Below are positions 9,353-18,033 of a stretch of 64,000 nt of DNA, one piece after another. Every line of letters starts with the position of its first letter. Within the stretch, counting starts at the first letter, position 1. The DNA lies in IMG/VR virus record IMGVR_UViG_3300013121_000005, positions 96,001 to 160,000 of that record; one strand, written 5' to 3'. Below the pieces are notes generated by a model. It was given only the letters and a program-made list of their open reading frames with translations. It had not been told where the DNA came from and ran no database searches. The stretch comes from a virus (taxonomy: Duplodnaviria > Caudoviricetes). Position numbers and translations under genes: made by a program.

Positions 9353-10114
9353 ATGCGTGTCGCCGTTATTCGAGGGGATCTCAGCAGGGCTCTGTTCATT
9401 GCGGATGTAGAGCCGAAGTCGCAGCATGGTGCGGGCGATTCCACTAGAGGTAACTCTCGGTATGTGGGGCGTCCGAATGCTACTGCTATTCAGACCTATC
9501 TAACCGCTCAAGGGCTGGCTGCTTCGGCTACAACGCTGATCACGGCTACGGTCCCTGTAGGCGGTCCAGTGAACGTAGCGTCAGCTACAATCACTGCTGT
9601 CGCGGGTCTTGGAGGAGCTACGGCTGCTCAGGTAGCAGCTCTTCAAGAGCTTCTGGCTCCTCAGTTTGTGGAGACGGATGCTTTGAAGAAGAGCTTTCTG
9701 TATGGCAATCTTGCTGGATTTAGGTCTGCAAACTTCAATCCAGACCCTCGTCGATCGCCTGCTCTTTCAAATGGAGCGGCTATTACTTGCGTTCAAGATG
9801 ATGGGGTGACAGCATTTTCTGTCCTTCCTCCAGTTATCACGCTTGCCGACAAGGATACCCCAGTTGCTGGGGCTCTTCGTATCACGGGTACGGGTCTCGT
9901 GGCTTATGGGCTCTACCAATTGACGGTTATCCTGGAGGGGACTGGCGCGAAGAAGCTCACTCAGGCAACTATCGTTGGGGGTGGGGGCACTATCAACTCG
10001 GCGGGGACTCAAATTGACATCCCTGCGGCTCTTGTCCCAGGCATTGCTTTGACTACCACTACAGCTCGTGTCCGAGTTAACGATATGCTATCGGCAGCCG
10101 TTGCTTTGACATGA
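9353..10114 (+). CDS. virion protein with C-terminal IPT/TIG-like Ig domain
   Basis: AGGAGG SD; PVITLAD...LRITGTGL...GTGA..LTQA.I..GGG...IPAALVPGI shared with 8335..8964. Confidence 0.6.
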   Translation: MRVAVIRGDLSRALFIADVEPKSQHGAGDSTRGNSRYVGRPNATAIQTYLTAQGLAASATTLITATVPVGGPVNVASATITAVAGLGGATAAQVAALQELLAPQFVETDALKKSFLYGNLAGFRSANFNPDPRRSPALSNGAAITCVQDDGVTAFSVLPPVITLADKDTPVAGALRITGTGLVAYGLYQLTVILEGTGAKKLTQATIVGGGGTINSAGTQIDIPAALVPGIALTTTTARVRVNDMLSAAVALT

Positions 10115-10132
10115 GTTCAAGGTTTCTAATTC

Positions 10133-10163
10133 AGATGTAAACTCGTAAACTAGACCCAGATGA
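10133..10163 (+). promoter_or_regulatory. RRAY array overlapping the SD of the DUF5659-like gene
   Basis: AGATGT AAACTC GT AAACT AGACCC AGATGA; last unit overlaps the GAGG SD. Confidence 0.55.
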
Positions 10164-10170
10164 GGCTGAA

Positions 10171-10422
10171 ATGACAAAGAACTTGAAGGAGCAGCGAGAA
10201 TTCCGTACGCCAGACCTATACTTCGCGGCTTTTCTTCAGACGGCTGGAGTTGAGTTGAAGCGTACAGATCGGGAGAACGCAAGAGTCTTTTTTGTGTTCA
10301 GTACGGAAATCGCGGACATTGAGGAGTTGAAAACGGGTTGGTTCAACAATACAGCCAAAGTCGCAGCTCAACCCTATGCAAACAACGTGAAGTCTCTCAA
10401 GTCTGTATGCCATATGGGTTGA
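10171..10422 (+). CDS. small DUF5659-like protein, candidate nucleic-acid-binding regulator
   Basis: FRTPDLYFAAFL..AG..L....RENARVFFVF...ELK..WF....V....Y...VKSLK resembles the DUF5659 pattern as I recall it. Confidence 0.65.
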   Translation: MTKNLKEQREFRTPDLYFAAFLQTAGVELKRTDRENARVFFVFSTEIADIEELKTGWFNNTAKVAAQPYANNVKSLKSVCHMG

Positions 10423-10457
10423 ACCCTTGCTTTTGGTAAATCCCCAGAGGGTGAGTA

Positions 10458-11003
10458 ATGGCTGCTGTAGATATTGACGCAACTCTAGGTGGAGGCGGAA
10501 CCCTGGTAGGGGGGGCTACGGCTCTGTACGCCCTTGGTGGTTCTGCCCTAGCTGGAGGCGGAACCCTGGTAGGAGGAGCTACGGCTCTGTACGCCCTTGG
10601 TGGTTCTGCCCTAGCTGGGGGTGGAACCCTGGTAGGGGGAGCTACGGCTCTGTACGCCCTTGGTGGTTCTGCCCTAGCTGGGGGTGCAACCTTGACGGTG
10701 GACGCGAAGGTGCTGCTTAGCGCTATTCTGTCGTCAGCCGGTGCGGGGCAAGTTACAGCAGTCTTGTTCCTTTCGCAGGGGTCTTCTGTGACTTTCGCAG
10801 GGGGTGCAACGTTTGTGAACGGGGACCTTGGATGGACCCCTCATCCAAATGCCCCTCCCCCAAAGCCCGCTGTCAATGCTGCGGCCACACTCCAACAATT
10901 CATTGATTCAACAGGCTCAGGCAGGGCTGCTACTCGGACCCCACTGGCCGGAAACACTGTAGTAGATCCAAACCCCCCACGTAAACCGCCTAAGCCTCAA
11001 TGA
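10458..11003 (+). CDS. Gly/Ala-rich repeat fibre-like protein
   Basis: 3 x 21-aa repeat GGGTLVGGATALYALGGSALA. Confidence 0.65.
   Translation: MAAVDIDATLGGGGTLVGGATALYALGGSALAGGGTLVGGATALYALGGSALAGGGTLVGGATALYALGGSALAGGATLTVDAKVLLSAILSSAGAGQVTAVLFLSQGSSVTFAGGATFVNGDLGWTPHPNAPPPKPAVNAAATLQQFIDSTGSGRAATRTPLAGNTVVDPNPPRKPPKPQ
10491..10679 (+). repeat. 3 x 63-bp near-identical tandem repeat
   Basis: units start at 10491, 10554 and 10617; differences are essentially synonymous. Confidence 0.95.
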
Positions 11004-11036
11004 TTGAGGGATTATTAACCAGCAGGAGAAACGACA

Positions 11037-11435
11037 ATGACCGCGAAGACTGATTACCTTGAGGACCGTGTTCTTGACCGCGTTCTCAAGAACAACACCC
11101 AATTCACGTACACCTTCCCCGCGACTGTGTACGCGGCTCTGTTTACGGCAGACCCGACGGATACAGGTTCTCAAGCTTCGGAAGTCGCTGGGGGCTCGTA
11201 TGCCCGTCAGTCGATTACCTGGGGTACGATTTCTGCGGGTTCGGTGTCCAACTCGGGTGCCGTGACCTTCCCCGTGGCCTCTGGGTCTTGGGGTACGGTC
11301 AGCTATGTTGGGATCATGGATGCCCTTACAACAGGCAACATGTTGTACAAGGGGGCCCTTACGACTGCTAAGGCTGTAGGTATTGGGGATCAGGTGTCGT
11401 TTGGCATCGGGACCCTTACCGTTACGGAGGGCTGA
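11037..11435 (+). CDS. small phage virion/fibre-associated protein
   Basis: TDYLE..VLD.VL...VYAALFTADPTD.G..EV.GGSYARQSITW...TFP.A.G.WGTV..VGIMDA.T.GN.L is a widespread phage structural family; AGGAG SD. Confidence 0.75.
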   Translation: MTAKTDYLEDRVLDRVLKNNTQFTYTFPATVYAALFTADPTDTGSQASEVAGGSYARQSITWGTISAGSVSNSGAVTFPVASGSWGTVSYVGIMDALTTGNMLYKGALTTAKAVGIGDQVSFGIGTLTVTEG

Positions 11436-11443
11436 GGTAGCCA

Positions 11444-12157
11444 GTGCCTTTGGTTAGCGTCGAAGCGAGCCTGGTTGGGGGCTCTTCGGTCACTTCGGGG
11501 GCGTCCCTTGCGCTTCCGTTGGGATCGACCCTACCAGGCAGCTCCGATTTTGTATCCGCCTCTTTGGTCACCAGAGGGGTCGTAGCTTCCCTTAGTGGAG
11601 GCTCGACCTTCTCAGCTTCATCACTCCTGAGTATTCTGACCGTGAGCCTTGGGGGCGGGGCAACGTTCAGTCCAACAGCTACTGCAACGTTTGTGGCCCG
11701 AGCGACTGTATCGGGTGGGGCTGCTTTAACAGCCGCGATTGGTGTTGTAGTTGGCCCAGTTGCTCCAGTTCGCTACATCCCGAGTCGACAAGCACCATCG
11801 TCGAGGATGGTCTTCGACCAAGTAGACTTGTTTTTGGTGGACGGAAAAACTAGAGCCCAGGATGTCCGAATCACGGACCTGTACCTAAGGGTATACTACA
11901 ATGGGGTTCAGCTCCCTTGGGTTTTAGCTTCTGGGGCGGGTATTCCGGATGTACGAGTCGCTGCTGGAAAGGTCTATTGGACTGAGTTCTCTGCGGGATT
12001 CTATAGCATTCGATTCTTCCCAAATGCGGTTGGAATTTGGAGGGTTCTTGTAACCTATCCAACTTACGACCAAGCAGTTTCACTTACTTACGATGTGGCC
12101 CCTCAGGACTCAGCAGCAGGGAGCGTTGGGCTTCGAGCGTCGTTCCTTCGTCCGTAG
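11444..12157 (+). CDS. virion protein: Gly/Ser/Ala-rich N-terminus plus Ig-like C-terminus
   Basis: low-complexity fibre-like N half; GFYSIRFFP..VGIWRV beta domain. Confidence 0.55.
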   Translation: MPLVSVEASLVGGSSVTSGASLALPLGSTLPGSSDFVSASLVTRGVVASLSGGSTFSASSLLSILTVSLGGGATFSPTATATFVARATVSGGAALTAAIGVVVGPVAPVRYIPSRQAPSSRMVFDQVDLFLVDGKTRAQDVRITDLYLRVYYNGVQLPWVLASGAGIPDVRVAAGKVYWTEFSAGFYSIRFFPNAVGIWRVLVTYPTYDQAVSLTYDVAPQDSAAGSVGLRASFLRP

Positions 12158-12169
12158 AGGGAGGGGTAG

Positions 12170-12634
12170 ATGACTGCCACTAGCAGCCCAGGGGTGTTTC
12201 GAGTCGGGCACGTGTTTCAGCGTGGCGACTTGCCCCTCTTTGTTACAGACCTAGCAGGTAATGCAGTCACCCCGTACAAGGTGACCTTCACGATTTTCTA
12301 TCAGTCAAGTGGGGATGTCTGTGCTAGGCAGGTCGGTCCCAGTGATCGGACCCCAGTCCAGGCAGCTATAGGGGAGTACTACGTCTCTGGTGTTGCGTGT
12401 GGGCAGTCTGGCCAATGGTATGTGGAGTGGAAGCTTCAAGAGGGGGCAAGTACTTCCCTTGTGTCAGAGCGTATGGGCTTCCAAATTTTCGACTCCTCTA
12501 GACTTTCCCCAAGTACTTACATCTCGGGATCGTCTTGTGGGTGCTCTTGTGGGTGCTCTTCCCATGCAGGGTGTCAGTGGGGGTGTCGTAACCCTTGTCT
12601 TCGTACGACTTCGTGCGGAAAGTATGGGTGGTGA
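12170..12634 (+). CDS. Ig-like protein with Cys-rich tail
   Basis: N-terminal domain paralogous to the N-terminus of 12638; tail CGCSCGC..AGC..GC..PC....C. Confidence 0.6.
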   Translation: MTATSSPGVFRVGHVFQRGDLPLFVTDLAGNAVTPYKVTFTIFYQSSGDVCARQVGPSDRTPVQAAIGEYYVSGVACGQSGQWYVEWKLQEGASTSLVSERMGFQIFDSSRLSPSTYISGSSCGCSCGCSSHAGCQWGCRNPCLRTTSCGKYGW

Positions 12635-12637
12635 CCA

Positions 12638-13525
12638 ATGAGTGTTGGGTTCCTTCGAGGACAACAGCTTGGTCGGGATGACCTGAACATCTTTTTGACA
12701 AACGCATCGGGGCATCCTAGCAATGCGGCTGAGATCAGCTATGCCATCTATGACTATACGACAGGGCAGGAAGTCCTTGTGGGTTCCTCTCAAAGAACCC
12801 CTGTAAATCCGTCCATTGGGGAGTACTACGCGAGTATCATCGTCCCACTTGACGCTAACTTAGGGGACTATCGTATTCGGTGGGTCATGCGGGAGACTGT
12901 AGGGGGCCCCATTCAAACGGTTGTTCAAGAGTTTCACGTCCGGGATCGTGAAACGGTAACCCCAACGTGTTTTACGGTAGCCCAGGCTGACTTGATTCGT
13001 CGGCTTCGTATTCTCCTTCGAGACCAGAATCCTGATAAGTTCTACAAGTTTCGGCCTCCTGCTCACGAAGAAACTGTTGACCAATTCAGTCGAGTTTTTG
13101 GCTATATTTGGGAGGATGAGGAGCTTGCGGAGTACTTGGAGCAGTCTCTAGGTATGGTGATCTCAGCTCCTCCTCGAACTCCATTTAGGGATGTGGATGA
13201 CTTGGTTGTCTCACGTCCAGAGTGGAAGACGCTTCTGCTCACAGGGGGGATGTTCTGGGCCCTTCAGGCACTCCAGATTAATTGGGTTGCGGATGAGTTT
13301 GATTACTCGATTGGCGGAGTTTCTCTGACCATTGACAAGTCAAGCAAATACGAGTCCCTTAAGCAAGGAGCCTCTGACCAGTTTGACAAGCAGCTTGAGA
13401 AGGCCAAGGCCACTATTAAGTACATCAAGGGACTTCAGCAGCCCAAGTATGGGGCTGGCATTCGTTCTTCGTTCGGCCCTTATACAGGCCGTGGGACACT
13501 GACCCCTCGTAAATTTTTGGGGTAG
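12638..13525 (+). CDS. putative head-tail adaptor/neck protein with N-terminal Ig-like domain
   Basis: LIRRLRILLRD...WEDEELAEYLE...FDYSIGGVSLTIDKSSKY resembles head-completion adaptors; synteny. Confidence 0.55.
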   Translation: MSVGFLRGQQLGRDDLNIFLTNASGHPSNAAEISYAIYDYTTGQEVLVGSSQRTPVNPSIGEYYASIIVPLDANLGDYRIRWVMRETVGGPIQTVVQEFHVRDRETVTPTCFTVAQADLIRRLRILLRDQNPDKFYKFRPPAHEETVDQFSRVFGYIWEDEELAEYLEQSLGMVISAPPRTPFRDVDDLVVSRPEWKTLLLTGGMFWALQALQINWVADEFDYSIGGVSLTIDKSSKYESLKQGASDQFDKQLEKAKATIKYIKGLQQPKYGAGIRSSFGPYTGRGTLTPRKFLG

Positions 13526-13580
13526 TCCTGGTCAAGTGTGCAGTATTGCTGTGTAATTGGCTCAGCCTTAGCTTGGTAAG

Positions 13581-15041
13581 GTGCCAATCACTTGCCCCCA
13601 CTGTCAAACCCATTTTCCCAATTCCGATAGCACCAACGCCCGCCACAAGGCCGTGTGTGCGGGGTGGCAAGCCACCCTTGGGGACCGTAAGCCCCTAGCT
13701 TGTCTTTGCGGACACGAGTCCACCTCGGGAACGCAGATGAAGAGGCATCGAGTTTCCTGCCCTACCTGGAAGGCTAGGCATCGTGGCACGGTCCAAATGG
13801 CCCGGCTGGCCGAGACGCTCCAGAAAAACCATGGTGAGGGTGTCCTAAACCCGAGGCATCTTGCGAGCGCTGAAGAACAGCGAAAGGCTACCCTCAAGGA
13901 ACGCTACGGAGCCGAAAACGTTTTTTCGAGGGAGTCTTCTCTTTTCAATACCGTACAAACGTCTCTCGAAGGTAAGCGTCCTGTTTTGAAAGGACCAGAC
14001 AACCCGTTCGCGTGGCCCGAGGTTCAAGAGAAGATCCGGCAAGTCCACTTAGAGAAGCGGGGTGTTGAAAATCCTCAACAGGACCCAGAGGTCCGGGCGC
14101 GTACGCAAGCTACCAATTTGGAGCGTTGGGGAACCGAAGAGGTCCTTGCTTCACCTTTCATTCGGGAGCAGATAGTAGTTACGAACCAAGAGCGATATGG
14201 CGGCCCGGCTCCGTCATGTTCATCAGAGATTGTTGAAAAAGCTCGTCAGACGAATCTTGAACGTTGGGGTGTGGAGTGGACAGGCCAACATCCCGAGATC
14301 CGTGCTCGTCAGATGCAAACGCATCTTGAAACTTACGGGAGTCACTTCTTTGCGTCTGAAGAGGGTCGGGCCGCTGTCAAGACGGCACTCCAAGAGAAGT
14401 ACGGAGTGGACCATCCCGCCAAGATTGAAGGCTTCTGGGAGCGCATGGTGGCGACGTTCATGCGTCGATATGGAGCGGCTCATCCTCTCTTGCTGACCGA
14501 GTTTTTAGAGAAGAGACGCCTTACCTGTCAGGACCGCTTTGGAGTAGACAGCCCTCTTCAGAGCCCAGAGGTGTATGCCAGGCTAGTAGCCACGAACATC
14601 GCAAAGTATGGTTTCCCTCACCCGATGATGAATCGCGAATATGCCCTAGCTCATCTGGAGAGGATGAGGCGTCCAGGGCCAAATCTTCCCGAACGCTTGC
14701 TTGGTGCTCTTATCCCAGAGTTGTTGTATACTGGGGACGGCTCTTTCTGGCGTTGGCTCCCTCTTCTTGGTCACCACAAGAACCCAGACTTCATTCTTCC
14801 GGGTTCAGACCTTAATAATCCCAAGAAGGGGGTCATCAAGGTCGTCGAGTTGTTTGGAGACTTCTGGCATTCTCGTATGTTCACCGGGAAGGCTAATTTC
14901 GAGCACGAAGCTGAGCTGGTCTCCGCGTACGCAGATATTGGTATTGAGTGCTTGATCGTCTGGGAGAGTGCGGTTAAAAAGACTCCGAATGAGGTCCAAG
15001 CTCGTGTGAAAGAGTTTCTCAACAATAGACCTCTGGTGTAG
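13581..15041 (+). CDS. free-standing homing-endonuclease-like protein (YG-repeat array plus Vsr-like PD-(D/E)XK nuclease)
   Basis: N-terminal Cys/His fingers; about ten T.LE(R/K)(Y/W)G...P repeats; C-terminal NPDFI...VVELFGDFWH...CLIVWES. Confidence 0.75.
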   Translation: MPITCPHCQTHFPNSDSTNARHKAVCAGWQATLGDRKPLACLCGHESTSGTQMKRHRVSCPTWKARHRGTVQMARLAETLQKNHGEGVLNPRHLASAEEQRKATLKERYGAENVFSRESSLFNTVQTSLEGKRPVLKGPDNPFAWPEVQEKIRQVHLEKRGVENPQQDPEVRARTQATNLERWGTEEVLASPFIREQIVVTNQERYGGPAPSCSSEIVEKARQTNLERWGVEWTGQHPEIRARQMQTHLETYGSHFFASEEGRAAVKTALQEKYGVDHPAKIEGFWERMVATFMRRYGAAHPLLLTEFLEKRRLTCQDRFGVDSPLQSPEVYARLVATNIAKYGFPHPMMNREYALAHLERMRRPGPNLPERLLGALIPELLYTGDGSFWRWLPLLGHHKNPDFILPGSDLNNPKKGVIKVVELFGDFWHSRMFTGKANFEHEAELVSAYADIGIECLIVWESAVKKTPNEVQARVKEFLNNRPLV

Positions 15042-15081
15042 TATACTTTCTTCCGAATCCTCTTATCCCCAACCTTTTGGT

Positions 15082-15109
15082 GCCTCGATGTTGGGGCCTC
15101 GATGTTGGG
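15082..15109 (+). repeat. 14-bp perfect tandem duplication
   Basis: GCCTCGATGTTGGG x2, downstream of the endonuclease gene. Confidence 0.9.
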
Positions 15110-15143
15110 ACTCAAATCAAGATTCACCCTGGAGAAGATGAAA

Positions 15144-15482
15144 ATGTCAACTGACCAATCGCAACCGTCCGAAACGAAAAAGCTTACTGTCGAAGACCCG
15201 CTTGACCCTGATACTTTGGAGAAGTTCAAGCAACTACAGACTGCACGGCTTCAGTTGGCTGAACGTTTACTGGACCTAAAAGAGGAGGAGATTCGGCTCC
15301 TTCGGTTGGCAGGTGGCGTTGCTCAGGAGCGAACTAAGCTTTTTGAGACGGTTCTGGTCAGTCGCGGTCTCCCTCCGAACTTCCCTGTTGAAATCGATGC
15401 GGTTACTGGGAAGTTTACTCTTGTCCAGCCTCTTCCCGAGTCGGCCCCTGAGCAGGTTCCTGCGGGCGCCTCTAAGCACTGA
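15144..15482 (+). CDS. hypothetical coiled-coil protein
   Basis: ORF 15102..15482; GGAG SD supports ATG 15138 or 15144. Confidence 0.6.
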   Translation: MSTDQSQPSETKKLTVEDPLDPDTLEKFKQLQTARLQLAERLLDLKEEEIRLLRLAGGVAQERTKLFETVLVSRGLPPNFPVEIDAVTGKFTLVQPLPESAPEQVPAGASKH

Positions 15483-15506
15483 TCCCCTTATGGATCTGCC
15501 TTGGTA
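15481..15506 (+). promoter_or_regulatory. candidate late promoter (leaderless)
   Basis: GATCCCCTTAT-N11-GGTA-A-ATG(15508), no SD. Confidence 0.5.
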
Positions 15507-15507
15507 A

Positions 15508-16857
15508 ATGGCAGATGTCGGACAACGAGATCGGAAACCGGACCTAAGGGAGATTACTAAGCTTCCTTGGCCCGCACCTCCTTTGAACTTGTTCATGCTG
15601 GATGGGACACGCGGGGTCGTAGACCTTCGATGGGAGGACCCCGCGAACCTTTCCCTCAATAGTACGTTTCGGGTGCTTGGGGTTAACATCTACCGCTCAT
15701 TCGATTCGGAGTTCGGCCCATTTCATCAAATCTCTGACCTTCCGATAGGCTCAACATTCTGGCGGGACCAGACGGATAATGAGCTAGTGGTGGAGGAGGA
15801 GATTCCCTTGGGGGACTTCATTCTGTTCGGGGTGAAGTCCACGGGGTCGGATGCCCCTCGGTATGTTTTCAAGACCCTTCATTACCCCATAGTTGCAGAG
15901 GGAAGTCGTAACGTCCCCTCTAACAACCCTAGTGATGTTCGGGTTTTTGTAGATGGGGTGGAGGCTCGAATTCAAAAGGTCTCCGGGGTGACAGGGGAGA
16001 TTGAGATTGACGCGAACACGTACATTGATGTGGCGCGTCAGAAAACCTTTCCCCCAGTGGTACCTACAGCACAGAGTCGAGTGACGTGTACCTATCGATA
16101 CCCACGTAGTTTTCTCAAGACTGACTTGAATCAGCGGGTCTTCTACCGGGTTACTACGGTGGGGGTACCCGTGTCTTTTGACTTGTCTGTTCTTACGCCC
16201 CAGGATCTCCTTGAGACTCCGTTGGAGCATGCAGCGGCCACTAACACCTTCGAGATTGAGAAGCTTGACTACATTTGGAGGGAGGCCATTCGTCGTAACC
16301 GTTGGATCCTACAGCAAGGTGGGGAACGAGTTAGCGTCTTCCTGAGAAAAAATGTAGGAGTGCCGTGTCTTTGCGGCTCTTTTCATCACAAGCAGCCTCA
16401 GTCCGATTGCTTGAGTTGTTATGGGACTGGAATTTTGGGTGGGTACGAGGGGCCTTACGAAATCCTCGTAGCTCCGGATGATGCAGAGATAGCCATTCGC
16501 CAAAAGGATCTTGGGCGTATGGCTGAACATACCTATGAAGTATGGACAGGCCCAACTCCATTGTTGTGTCACCGTGATTTCATCCTGAAAATCAACGGAG
16601 ATCGGTACTCGGTAGGCCCAGTCAGAATGCCATCGAATCGAGGCAACATTCTTCAGCAACACTTTTCGATATCTTCGTTTGACGACAAGGACATTCGATA
16701 CAAAGTTCCAGTGGACCCCATTCGGCATTCTGCGGTTCAGTTTGGTCCGTCTGGGCCTGAGTTAGAAGCTAGCTCGAACATCACGAACAACCCCAACATT
16801 GGGGATGAACGTGAGATTCGTGGTCGTACGCTCGCTTGGAAGAATCAGAACTACTGA
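15508..16857 (+). CDS. neck/head-closure protein with FN3-like N-terminus and Zn finger
   Basis: PAPPLNL..VDLRW..GVNIYRS (FN3-like); CLC....DCLSCYGTG..GGY C-terminal domain of the kind seen in large-phage neck proteins. Confidence 0.55.
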   Translation: MADVGQRDRKPDLREITKLPWPAPPLNLFMLDGTRGVVDLRWEDPANLSLNSTFRVLGVNIYRSFDSEFGPFHQISDLPIGSTFWRDQTDNELVVEEEIPLGDFILFGVKSTGSDAPRYVFKTLHYPIVAEGSRNVPSNNPSDVRVFVDGVEARIQKVSGVTGEIEIDANTYIDVARQKTFPPVVPTAQSRVTCTYRYPRSFLKTDLNQRVFYRVTTVGVPVSFDLSVLTPQDLLETPLEHAAATNTFEIEKLDYIWREAIRRNRWILQQGGERVSVFLRKNVGVPCLCGSFHHKQPQSDCLSCYGTGILGGYEGPYEILVAPDDAEIAIRQKDLGRMAEHTYEVWTGPTPLLCHRDFILKINGDRYSVGPVRMPSNRGNILQQHFSISSFDDKDIRYKVPVDPIRHSAVQFGPSGPELEASSNITNNPNIGDEREIRGRTLAWKNQNY

Positions 16858-17357
16858 TGGATACTCTGGGTACCTTCTACGGAAAGCCTCTTGTTAGAGG
16901 GATTGGGGCAGCTCAAGACCGAGCCCTTAAGCTTCTACGTACAGAAGTTCTGAAGAGGGTTCGATCGAAGTTGGTCCAGTCGACCTTTTCTGACCGGGCG
17001 AAGAGGGCTTTTTCTAAAGCCTTGTCTGTGCGAATTGGTCCTTCATCTTTGACTTTGGTTGCCAAGCACCCAGCATTTGCGATGATGCTTAGAGGTCAAG
17101 CTAAGGGTCAGATGAAGTGGCTTGTGAAGGCCAAAGCTCCTATTCCTATCATTACTGAGTCCGGAGAGTTGATTTTTCGATCAGCTACCGCCCGATCTAT
17201 GCAGAATCGTAAGTGGATTCACCCTGGGAGGGGACCTCATGATTTTGTGGAGAAGGCGAAGAAGGAGTCGAAGGAAGCAATTCGGGAGCGGTTGGTAAAG
17301 GAGTTGAGGTCGGCTGCGAAACAGGCTGCTCTAGATGCTCGGCGGGGGCGTAGATGA
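16857..17357 (+). CDS. basic neck/tail-completion protein (HK97 gp10-like position)
   Basis: ATG overlaps the upstream TGA; very basic; KWIHPG...FVEKA motif. Confidence 0.5.
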   Translation: MDTLGTFYGKPLVRGIGAAQDRALKLLRTEVLKRVRSKLVQSTFSDRAKRAFSKALSVRIGPSSLTLVAKHPAFAMMLRGQAKGQMKWLVKAKAPIPIITESGELIFRSATARSMQNRKWIHPGRGPHDFVEKAKKESKEAIRERLVKELRSAAKQAALDARRGRR

Positions 17358-17983
17358 ATCCAGGTGATTTGGTTGTATGTGGGGTGGTTACAGACGTTCT
17401 TCTGGAGGACATCCGTATTTCTGTGCCAAAAGGGCATGCTGTGACAATACCTGCGGACCTGGCACTTCGTTCTATTGACCTTCACCGTCAACTTTCAGCG
17501 GGGACCATTTTTCAGCTTAACGTAAACAGCCTTCTTAGCCTCAAAGTTCGACCAGAGCCAGACGTCCCCAGGGAAGAGCAGCAGCAGGTTTCACAAGGCA
17601 GGGTCCCTTCTCAAGAGGCTTTGACGCTTCAGGCGGAGGTCAATAGGCTTCAGGCGGAGGTCAGTAGACTTCAAACTGAGAATGCTGACCTTCGAGCCTT
17701 TAACGAAAAGATCAATGCGCGGTTTGATGAAGTTGTAGGGATGCTTCGACACCAGCAGCCTTCTTCATCGTCGGCTCAAAAGGCATTGGTTTCCTCCTTG
17801 AGAGAGGAGGAAGGTAACGTTCCATTGTACATTCCAGCCCAAATCCGTCCCGAGGTAGACGCCCTGCGAATTGAAACTCAAGAGAAAACTTCGGAGTCTG
17901 CTGGGGTGAATCAAGCTGCGGGGGCACTAAAGCGGTTCAAGAGGCAGTTGGGGACGGGGGGGTCGGGGACGGGGGACCAATAA
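17354..17983 (+). CDS. hypothetical coiled-coil protein
   Basis: LQAEVNRLQAEVSRLQTEN heptads; start overlaps the upstream stop. Confidence 0.65.
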   Translation: MNPGDLVVCGVVTDVLLEDIRISVPKGHAVTIPADLALRSIDLHRQLSAGTIFQLNVNSLLSLKVRPEPDVPREEQQQVSQGRVPSQEALTLQAEVNRLQAEVSRLQTENADLRAFNEKINARFDEVVGMLRHQQPSSSSAQKALVSSLREEEGNVPLYIPAQIRPEVDALRIETQEKTSESAGVNQAAGALKRFKRQLGTGGSGTGDQ

Positions 17984-18033
17984 AGTTCTTTCGGGTAGGG
18001 GCTAACAGGAACCATCTTTAGGGAGAGACGCCA

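Noticed and set aside
10491-10679. 63-bp repeats as a CRISPR array
   Set aside because: contiguous in-frame units with no unique spacers and no cas genes
13525-15144. group I intron or intein housing the endonuclease
   Set aside because: flanking genes look complete, intergenic gaps are too short for a ribozyme core, and no intein termini are seen
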